Positions 30,741-37,929 of a stretch of DNA of 37,929 bases are shown here, one piece after another. Origin of the DNA: a virus; IMG/VR virus record IMGVR_UViG_3300032219_000648. One strand, written 5' to 3'. Numbering within the stretch: position 1 is the stretch's first letter; every line of letters begins with the position of its first letter. The notes below the pieces were generated by a model, which was not told the DNA's origin, ran no database searches, and worked only from the letters and a program-made list of their open reading frames with translations. Position numbers and translations under genes: made by a program.

Positions 30741-32222
30741 ATGGCGCTTATTCCGATCAGTATCCCGCCGGGTGTATACCGCAACGGAACCGAACTTGAC
30801 AGTTCTGGCCGGTGGTATGACGTGAACCTTGTGCGCTGGGTTGAGGGGATGATGCGTCCCGTCGGTGGCTGGCAGGCTCGAACGTCTACGGCTCTGACGG
30901 GTAAAGCCCGTGGCATGATTGCATGGCGGGCCAACAACAGCACCCGCTACATCTCTGTCGGCACACACTCCAAACTCTACGCTATCACACAGTCCAGCGT
31001 TATCGTTGACATCACCCCTGTCGGGTTTGTTCCCGGCAACCCGAATGCGTCTGTTGGTGGCGGCTATGGCGTTGGTCTTTATAGCGCCGGGTATTACGGT
31101 ACGCCGCGTCCTGACGTTGGTTCAGTAACGCCCGCTACGACTTGGACGCTCGATACATGGGGCGAGTATCTCGTCGGCTGTTCAAACTATGACGGCAAGA
31201 TTTATGAGTGGCAGTTGGACACGACAACGCCGACAAAGGCCGCTGTCGTAACGAACGCGCCGACATCTAACACAGGCGTTCTTGTCACGAACGAACGCTC
31301 GATGTTTGCTCTTGGCGCGTCTGGCAATCCACGCAAGATTGCATGGTCTGATCTTGAGAACAATACGATCTGGACGCCAGCATCTACGAATCTTGCTGGT
31401 AGCCTAGAGCTACAAACGGGTGGCAAAATTATCACAGCCAAGCGTGTTCGCGGCCAAGTTCTCGTTCTCACGGACATTGACGCGCACATCGTTTCCTATG
31501 TCGGCCAGCCATTTGTATATACATCTGAGTTCGCCGGTCGTGCGTGCGGCCTTGCTGGACCGAATGCAATTGCCGTTCAGGATAACTTTGCGGTCTGGAT
31601 GGGTTCGCGTGGTTTCTATATGTATGACGGGTATGTCAAGTCTGTGCCATGCGAAGTGTCTGATTATGTGTTCTCCGACATTAACCAAGCGCAGATCAGC
31701 AAGGCTTACGCCGTCAACAACTCACAGTTCGATGAAGTGTGGTTCTTCTATCCATCGGCCTCAAGCCAAGAGAACAACCGCTATGTGATCTGGAACTACG
31801 CCCAGAACAACTGGTCGATTGGCTCGTTGGGCCGTTCTGCTGGGGTTGATCGCGGTGTGTTTGCCAATCCATTGATGGTGTCCGATGATGGCTACGTCTA
31901 CGATCATGAGATCGGGATGAACCACGGGACGGAAAGCGTGTACGCCGAGACAGGGCCAGTGCAGATTGGACAAGGCGACAACATCTTGTATATCAACGAG
32001 ATGATCCCAGACGAACGCAACCAAGGCGAAGTCACTGCGACCTTCTCTTCTCGCTATTATCCAAATGGCGATAAGCAAACCTACGGCCCCTATACCCTGA
32101 CGAACCCTACATCTGTCCGCTTCAACGGCCGACAAATACAGATGAAGGTGACGGCAGTTAATAACTCCGATTGGCGGGTTGGGACGCAGCGGCTCAACGC
32201 AATCCCCGGTGGGCGTCGATGA
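30741..32222 (+). CDS. Tail/virion structural protein, 493 aa (possible beta-propeller tail protein)
   Basis: PPGVYRNGTELDSSGRWYDVNLVRWVEGMMRPVGGW N-terminus. The size and position fit a tail hub/tubular role. No enzymatic motif seen. Confidence 0.55.
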   Translation: MALIPISIPPGVYRNGTELDSSGRWYDVNLVRWVEGMMRPVGGWQARTSTALTGKARGMIAWRANNSTRYISVGTHSKLYAITQSSVIVDITPVGFVPGNPNASVGGGYGVGLYSAGYYGTPRPDVGSVTPATTWTLDTWGEYLVGCSNYDGKIYEWQLDTTTPTKAAVVTNAPTSNTGVLVTNERSMFALGASGNPRKIAWSDLENNTIWTPASTNLAGSLELQTGGKIITAKRVRGQVLVLTDIDAHIVSYVGQPFVYTSEFAGRACGLAGPNAIAVQDNFAVWMGSRGFYMYDGYVKSVPCEVSDYVFSDINQAQISKAYAVNNSQFDEVWFFYPSASSQENNRYVIWNYAQNNWSIGSLGRSAGVDRGVFANPLMVSDDGYVYDHEIGMNHGTESVYAETGPVQIGQGDNILYINEMIPDERNQGEVTATFSSRYYPNGDKQTYGPYTLTNPTSVRFNGRQIQMKVTAVNNSDWRVGTQRLNAIPGGRR

Positions 32223-32812
32223 GGCTCAAACTACCGCCAGCACCGAGCGTGTACAACCCCAGCTATGACGACCAACGCAATCGTCTTATCGAGGCTTTTG
32301 CGAAGAACGCATATATAAAGGGCGAAGATGTCGGCATCTACGCGCCAGCGAAGCTGATTTACGAAGGGTTTTACGGCCAGTTCAAGAAGACCACTAGCGT
32401 GTCTCCTACCGCTGCAAATACGGCTTATGCTATTACATTTGATACAACTGAAGAAAGCAATGGCGTTTCAATCGGATCGCCTGCATCTCGGATTGTCGTA
32501 ACGGAAGATGGCATCTATAATTTCTCAGCCCATTTTACAATTCTATCCAATAACAGCAGCGCAAAAACTGTATATTTTTGGTTCAGGAAAAATGGAACCG
32601 ATGTACCTGCAAGTACGTTCTTGACAACAAGCGACATCAATGGCGGGCACATGGCGTCAGGTAGGGATGACTTCTTTCCCTTAGTTGCTGGCGACTACAT
32701 TGAGTTGATGTGGGCCGCTAATAGCACGAACCTTGAACTTCATGCTTCTCCTGCAACGGCATTTGCGCCATCTGGACCATCTTGCCTATTATCAGTAATG
32801 CAGGTTCAGTAG
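32219..32812 (+). CDS. Tail-associated protein with C1q/TNF-like C-terminal jelly-roll signature (receptor-binding candidate)
   Basis: ATGA coupling. EDGIYNFSAHFTILSNNSSAKTVYFWFRKNGTDV...GDYIELMW resembles the G-x-Y-x-F...H ... NG pattern of C1q-like domains. Confidence 0.5.
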   Translation: MRLKLPPAPSVYNPSYDDQRNRLIEAFAKNAYIKGEDVGIYAPAKLIYEGFYGQFKKTTSVSPTAANTAYAITFDTTEESNGVSIGSPASRIVVTEDGIYNFSAHFTILSNNSSAKTVYFWFRKNGTDVPASTFLTTSDINGGHMASGRDDFFPLVAGDYIELMWAANSTNLELHASPATAFAPSGPSCLLSVMQVQ

Positions 32813-32885
32813 TAATGGGCTGTCAATTCATTTTGTTTTGTGCTAATAACGAAGGATTAGGCGGCCAAACCGCACGGGGAATATA

Positions 32886-33734
32886 ATGGCGACTACAACA
32901 ACCACTGCTCAGCAACTCAATCCTTTCATTCAGGATATTCTGGCGCGTAACTATGGAGCCGCACAGCAAGTTGCGGCTATCCCGTATCAGGCGTATCAGG
33001 GGCCACGCGTTGCGGGCTTCCGCCCAGCCGAAGAGCAGGCGTTCGGTGTTGCCACCCGCGCCGCCACTGAACAAGTCGGGATGCCGCAACTTCAGCAAGC
33101 CACCCAAGTTGCAGAACGCGCTGCCGGATATACGCCGCAGCAGTTCCAGCAAGATGTCTCTGGCTTCATGTCGCCGTTCCAGACCAACGTCATCGACGCC
33201 ACGATGGCCCGACTGGCACAGAACCGCGCCGAGCGTGACGCTGCGACCAAGGCTCAGCTTGCTTCTTCGCGGGCATTCGGCAACGAACGTCGTGGCGTAT
33301 ATGAGGCGCAGCTTGCGGCCGAGCAGGACTTGAACACGGCGCAGACTTTGGCTGATCTCTATAATCGTGGATACACGCAAGCCGCTGGGCTTGCACAAGG
33401 TCTGCCAGCACAGCAGCTTGCGGGTGCGGCCGCTCTGTCCGGCTATGGCCAGCAGGCGCTTGGCAATCAGCAGGCATATGCTGCGATGCTTCAAGGCGCA
33501 GGCCAAGCACAGCGCGGCATGGCCCAGCAGAACCTTGACTTGGCTTACAAGGACTTCCTCGAACAGCGCGGCTTCCCACAGCAGCAGCTTCAGACTTTGC
33601 TCATGGGATCGCAAGGTCTTCCGTCTCCAGTTACGCAGACGACAACCACGCCGGGCCAGTCAACGCTCAGCCAAGTTGGTTCGGCTGCGTCCACGATTGG
33701 TACTCTCCTCAGTCTATTTGGTAAAGGTGGTTAA
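32886..33734 (+). CDS. Internal virion/ejection protein, Gln/Ala-rich, 282 aa
   Basis: Q/A-rich low complexity, first of three consecutive large late genes. Typical podovirus core-protein position. Confidence 0.55.
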   Translation: MATTTTTAQQLNPFIQDILARNYGAAQQVAAIPYQAYQGPRVAGFRPAEEQAFGVATRAATEQVGMPQLQQATQVAERAAGYTPQQFQQDVSGFMSPFQTNVIDATMARLAQNRAERDAATKAQLASSRAFGNERRGVYEAQLAAEQDLNTAQTLADLYNRGYTQAAGLAQGLPAQQLAGAAALSGYGQQALGNQQAYAAMLQGAGQAQRGMAQQNLDLAYKDFLEQRGFPQQQLQTLLMGSQGLPSPVTQTTTTPGQSTLSQVGSAASTIGTLLSLFGKGG

Positions 33735-33738
33735 ATAG

Positions 33739-34662
33739 ATGGCAACCCCTACGGAAATTCTGATGCGTTCATTCGATCTGACCCGCCCTCGGCCGGTTGG
33801 CGCGACGGTTTCTCCTCGTATCATGCCCGCTATGGCTCCGTTAGCTGTTGCGCCCCAGCCAGCCGCACCAGTGCAGCCTGAACTTTCACCGACGGCAAAG
33901 TACATCGCGGATATGCAGGCTCTCATGAGCGGCGGTATCGGCAAGCTGTCAACTGGCGAAAAAATAACTGCCCTTGGCCAAGTGCTTCAGGCCGCAGGTA
34001 GCCGTGGCGCTGCTGATCCGGCCGCTGTTCTCCAGAATGTTCGCAATCAACAAATGGAGAAGTTGAACGCGCAACTTAAAATCGCACAGTTGCAACAGTC
34101 GGCGCAGCGAGAGCAACAGCAGCGGGCCTTTGTTAAGCAATACGCTTCAGTTTTGCCGGAGGCCAAGCGCGGTGTTCTTGAAAATGCAGACCCCGCAGAG
34201 GCGTTTAAGATTGTGCAGGAAGAAACATTCCGTCCGAAACAAGTCATGGCGCGTATGCGCGATGCCGCGACGGGTCTTATGCGCCTCGAATTTATGGACG
34301 GCTCCTCTCAACTTACGGATCGCCCGATGCCGCGTAACACTGAGGACCGCGATATTGGTGGTGCTATTCAGGTTATCGACAAGGACACTGGCGATATTGT
34401 TGCGACGGTTCCGAAGACTATGGCTCCGGGTGAAGCATCGCGTCTCGAACTTGCTGAGCGTCAATTTGCTTATGACAAAACTCGTCCCCGTGGCGGTGAT
34501 GGTGGAAGCACGCCGTCGTATCGGTTTATCACTACAGACGATGGTATCGTCGCGGTTGATCCGAAGAACCCAGCACGGCAGATACCGACCGGCCTGAAAG
34601 CGCCGAGCAATAATCCCTTTAAAGGTCTTCTTCCGCCACCGACAGGTAAACGCACGTTTTAA
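33739..34662 (+). CDS. Internal virion/ejection protein, 307 aa
   Basis: Position, and a coiled Q-rich centre. Confidence 0.5.
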   Translation: MATPTEILMRSFDLTRPRPVGATVSPRIMPAMAPLAVAPQPAAPVQPELSPTAKYIADMQALMSGGIGKLSTGEKITALGQVLQAAGSRGAADPAAVLQNVRNQQMEKLNAQLKIAQLQQSAQREQQQRAFVKQYASVLPEAKRGVLENADPAEAFKIVQEETFRPKQVMARMRDAATGLMRLEFMDGSSQLTDRPMPRNTEDRDIGGAIQVIDKDTGDIVATVPKTMAPGEASRLELAERQFAYDKTRPRGGDGGSTPSYRFITTDDGIVAVDPKNPARQIPTGLKAPSNNPFKGLLPPPTGKRTF

Positions 34663-34673
34663 TAGGACTTTAG

Positions 34674-37600
34674 ATGGCTGAGACTAAGCCAAAAGGCGCA
34701 CCAGTATTTCTGGAAATTCCTGCCACCGGGGAGACAATCACGCTTCCCGGTGTAACGTCGCTTAACAGCAACGATGAACTTAAAGCTGCGGCTGACGCTT
34801 GGATTGCAAAGAATTACAAAGGCCCCCTACTTGCGGCCCCTGTTGTCGCACGCACGCCGGTAGAGGGTGAGACGCAGGGTATCCTACCGGGCGAAGAGAT
34901 TAAGGTTACCGCTAACCGCCAACCGGAACTAAAAGCCTATGTACCCGATACATTTGCGGGAAGCATTCTCGATGCGATTGCTTCTGGCGTTACGAATGTA
35001 GCTGGCTTTCTTCCCGGTTTTGATGAACGAGGTGCTGTTCAATACGGCCAAGATGTACGTTCCAATATCGAAACATTACTTGGCCTTGAGGGAACTGAAC
35101 GTAGTTTCCGCGATATTGCTGCCGGTCGCGGGACAGGTGAGGACTATTTAATAGCTGGGCTTACCGCCGCACCATTCGCCGCCGTGGGGTTGAAGGCTGG
35201 GGCTAAGCGGATCGCACCAGAATTTAGCGCGACGGTTAGCCGTTTGGCTACCGGCCCTGTCGCAGTTGCAGATGAAATTGCAGCAGCGGTTCCAGAAACT
35301 GCGCTTTCCCCAGAGATGGCCGCAGTTGCTACGCCTATCACACCGGCCCCTGTTGTGCCAAGCACACTACCGAGGGCGCAGGCTGTTGAGTTACCGGAAG
35401 CCCCCGCAACAGGCACACGCGCTGCTTCTAGAGGAAAGTTTACGTTTGATGATTTACTTGAAGCCCCTGTGGCCGCGGCGGCGATACCGGAGGCAGCACC
35501 CCTAACGGGCACAGGCGCTGTTTCTAAAGGAAAGTTTACGTTTGATGATTTACTTGAAGCCCCCGAAGCGGCAGTAATCCCTGAAGCTGCGGTAGTACCG
35601 CGCAATGTGGCGTATGATCTACCGCCTTCTACACCGGGAACAGGCATCCCCGCCATCGAGGCTATGCAAGTAAAGGGCCAGACGCAGCCTGTGCCTACTG
35701 CTGAAATTGGCGGTAAGGTCGCTAACTTTGCCGCAGACTATAGCAGCCTCGCCGGTCTTCAGCGCCCGGCGGACATGCCATTCTCTGAATTCTTCTATCG
35801 CCACTTTAAGGCGGGCACTCTTCCAGAGGAAGAAGTATCGAAACTCGTCACGAAGCATGACCTTAAAGACGAAGACCTGTTCGAACTTATCACGGGATCA
35901 CGCCAAGGTTTGGGCGATGCCGCTCGTGTGATGCAGCGTTTCAGCATTGCCAGCCGTTACGTTCCTAAAGAAGCAGCCGACATTGCTAAACTTGGCCTTC
36001 AAGAAGCAGACGACCTCGGCTTCTGGAAACGATTTACCAACGTCTATCGCGGTGCGCTTGTGTCGAGCGTTGCCACAACAATGCGCAACGTCATATCGTC
36101 CGTAGGCCGCGTGCCTATCGACGCGGCGACGAACCTTATGGATAGCGCGGTCAACGCTGCCGCTAATCCTTTCCGCCAACAGAAGGTTGGCGTCAGTCCA
36201 TTTGACGCAGCGGCTCTCCTTACGGATCGCTTTGCTCCGGGCCGGAACGCTAAGTTCTGGGAGCAAATGAAGAATGTCCAGCCGGAAATTAACAAGGAAC
36301 TTGCGGCTACTTACGCCGCAGATGTGGCGCGTGTAACCAAGAAAGACGCTTTTGCGAAAGTCGAGAAAGCCGTTGACGTTGCTAACCTTTTGAACCGCGT
36401 TAGTGAAACCGCAACGCGCAAGGCGCTGTTCCCGGTTATGCTTCGCCGAGAAGCAACCCGCCTTGGCTTAGACTTTAACGAACTGGTGGCCACAGACGGC
36501 ATGGCACGTCTCCCCGATGAGGCATGGACGAAGGCGCTCGACGACACACTCGGCTTTACCTATTCCGCACGGTCTGAAGTTGCAGATAAGTTCAGTCAAA
36601 TGCTGGATAAGATGGGCAAGGTCGGGACCGTTGCCCGCGTTGTCGGCACAACGATCATGCCGTTCCCACGCTTCATGATGAATGCCATGAAGTTCCAGTT
36701 TGACTACAGCCCGGCTGGTTTCACTAAACTGTTGACCGAAGCCGAACGCGCTAAGTTTGCTAAGGGCGATGTGTCGGCTGTATCGAAAGCTATTGTCGGC
36801 TCGGCCATGCTGTATGGCGCGTACCAATTTCGCAACAGTGAAAATGCTGGGGAGAAATGGTACGAAGCTAAGTTGCCAGATGGTAGGACAGTCGATCTCC
36901 GTCCATTCTTTCCTGCGGCCCCCTATCTTTTAATCGCCGACGTTATCAAACGGTCGCAGGATAACACGCTCGACCAAGCGTTCGAGACGAAAGATATTCT
37001 TCAAGGTCTATCCGGTGCGCAGTTCCGTGCAGGCACGGGCCTTTATGTAACCGATCAGCTTCTCAAGGATTTGTCCGGCGCAAGCGGAAACCTCGACAAA
37101 GCCAAGACGATTACGACAAGTTGGCTGGCGGATGTAGGTGCTGGCTTCCTGCAACCGTTCAGCACGTTCAAAGATTTCTACGCTCAGTACGATCCGGAAG
37201 AAGCGGTCTACCGTGACACTAAAGATAACCCACTTGGCGCACTTGTCCGTCCAATCCCCGGAGCGCAGCAGGCATTGGGCATTCCAGCCGCGCCATCGGC
37301 TACGCGTGAAGGGCCATTGACCACTGAAGACCCTGCGTTGCGTCAGCTTCTTGGGGCCACAATCCGTCCAGTCAAGAACATTGTCGAAAGCGAATTGGAT
37401 AAACTTGGTCTTACGCCCTATGATGTTGGGTCCAAGACTGGCGAAATTGCTATCGACCGCCTTGTCAACCGCGACTTAGGCATCATCGCCGAGCGCGGGA
37501 TCGCACCGTTGTTGCAGTCTCCTGAGTATCAGAACCTCGATAATGTCGGCAAGTCCGCAGCGATTAAAGAAATTTACAGCAAGGCGCGTGAAGCAGCCAA

Positions 37601-37844
37601 CGCTAAGTTCAACGCGGAGAACCCAGAACTTGCTTTGCTAAAGAAGTTTAAGGGCATGAACCGCGAAGAGAAGATCATGCTCAACCGCCAAATTGAAAGC
37701 ACCACGGGCATGACGGCCGATACATTGTTACGTCAGTTGAGCAAGGCCCCCCTTATCAAGAGCCAAGAACAATTTGACGCACTTCCTGTCGGCACTCAAT
37801 ACACTGATCCCGGCGACTATAAGGTCTATACGAAAGGCAAGTAA
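34674..37844 (+). CDS. Large internal virion/DNA-ejection protein, 1056 aa
   Basis: Largest ORF and last gene of the late operon. It contains a 2 x 32-aa tandem duplication. No catalytic motif recognised by eye. Confidence 0.6.
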   Translation: MAETKPKGAPVFLEIPATGETITLPGVTSLNSNDELKAAADAWIAKNYKGPLLAAPVVARTPVEGETQGILPGEEIKVTANRQPELKAYVPDTFAGSILDAIASGVTNVAGFLPGFDERGAVQYGQDVRSNIETLLGLEGTERSFRDIAAGRGTGEDYLIAGLTAAPFAAVGLKAGAKRIAPEFSATVSRLATGPVAVADEIAAAVPETALSPEMAAVATPITPAPVVPSTLPRAQAVELPEAPATGTRAASRGKFTFDDLLEAPVAAAAIPEAAPLTGTGAVSKGKFTFDDLLEAPEAAVIPEAAVVPRNVAYDLPPSTPGTGIPAIEAMQVKGQTQPVPTAEIGGKVANFAADYSSLAGLQRPADMPFSEFFYRHFKAGTLPEEEVSKLVTKHDLKDEDLFELITGSRQGLGDAARVMQRFSIASRYVPKEAADIAKLGLQEADDLGFWKRFTNVYRGALVSSVATTMRNVISSVGRVPIDAATNLMDSAVNAAANPFRQQKVGVSPFDAAALLTDRFAPGRNAKFWEQMKNVQPEINKELAATYAADVARVTKKDAFAKVEKAVDVANLLNRVSETATRKALFPVMLRREATRLGLDFNELVATDGMARLPDEAWTKALDDTLGFTYSARSEVADKFSQMLDKMGKVGTVARVVGTTIMPFPRFMMNAMKFQFDYSPAGFTKLLTEAERAKFAKGDVSAVSKAIVGSAMLYGAYQFRNSENAGEKWYEAKLPDGRTVDLRPFFPAAPYLLIADVIKRSQDNTLDQAFETKDILQGLSGAQFRAGTGLYVTDQLLKDLSGASGNLDKAKTITTSWLADVGAGFLQPFSTFKDFYAQYDPEEAVYRDTKDNPLGALVRPIPGAQQALGIPAAPSATREGPLTTEDPALRQLLGATIRPVKNIVESELDKLGLTPYDVGSKTGEIAIDRLVNRDLGIIAERGIAPLLQSPEYQNLDNVGKSAAIKEIYSKAREAANAKFNAENPELALLKKFKGMNREEKIMLNRQIESTTGMTADTLLRQLSKAPLIKSQEQFDALPVGTQYTDPGDYKVYTKGK
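35412..35603 (+). repeat. 2 x 96-bp in-frame tandem duplication inside the 1056-aa gene
   Basis: The units start at 35412 and 35508. The 35-nt core GGAAAGTTTACGTTTGATGATTTACTTGAAGCCCC is identical in both copies and encodes GKFTFDDLLEAP. Confidence 0.9.
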
Positions 37845-37929
37845 TGGCCAAGAAGAGTGGTGTTAAAGATATGTCGTGGCGGCCGCAGCCGAAAGCTAAA
37901 CGTCGCCACAAACCCGACGGGCTTCGCCA
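37807..37929. repeat. Terminal direct repeat copy 2 (identical to 1-123)
   Basis: See copy 1. It contains the last 38 nt of the 1056-aa gene and the first 86 nt of the 43-aa ORF. Confidence 0.95.

Noticed and set aside
32823-33614. 263-aa ORF on the minus strand
   Set aside because: It is antisense to the Gln/Ala-rich internal protein. CAG/GCN-rich sense codons keep the opposite frame open. It would also interrupt a long co-directional late operon.

Overview
The window is a complete, circularly closed tailed-phage genome. Bases 1-123 are identical to 37807-37929, so the unique length is 37,806 bp. I saw no tape-measure, sheath or tube genes. A portal-scaffold-capsid block is followed by an adaptor-like protein, a tail fibre and three internal-virion/ejection-type proteins, so the phage is probably short-tailed (podovirus-like). 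No phage RNA polymerase, tRNA, tyrosine integrase or CI-type repressor was seen.

Layout:
- (i) 38-1948 (+): a small basic peptide, a RuvC-like resolvase and an SNF2 helicase.
- (ii) 1996-6215 (-): a gp2.5-like SSB, a PD-(D/E)XK/Cas4-like exonuclease, a family A DNA polymerase and a 200-aa truncated C5-methyltransferase-like protein.
- (iii) 6376-11415 (+): a GcrA/Myb-like triple-HTH protein, small ORFs, a PrimPol-D5/P4-alpha-like primase-helicase and a DUF3310-like protein, ending in a strong terminator.
- (iv) 11429-15274 (-): a leftward early block of about 14 mostly tiny, translationally coupled ORFs. It contains a Cro/XRE-like HTH and an Sf6-gp1-like small terminase.
- (v) 15772-37844 (+): a small serine recombinase overlapping terL, endonuclease VII, three small basic proteins, portal, scaffold, major capsid, tail fibre with S74 chaperone domain, a lysis cassette (holin candidates, M15 endolysin, overlapped spanins), tail proteins and internal proteins.

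Features not explained by the genes:
- A 286-bp modular palindrome (11716-12001) made of GTGCACGG(TTT) boxes mirrored exactly about one axis, next to terS.
- A GGAAC-N3-GTTCC operator present at three promoter regions.
- A structured, homopolymer-rich noncoding segment bracketed by 13/14 inverted repeats just upstream of the serine recombinase that sits in the terS slot.
- Several families of repeated gene-junction cassettes in the early operon.

All functional calls come from motif recognition by eye and need HMM or structure confirmation.
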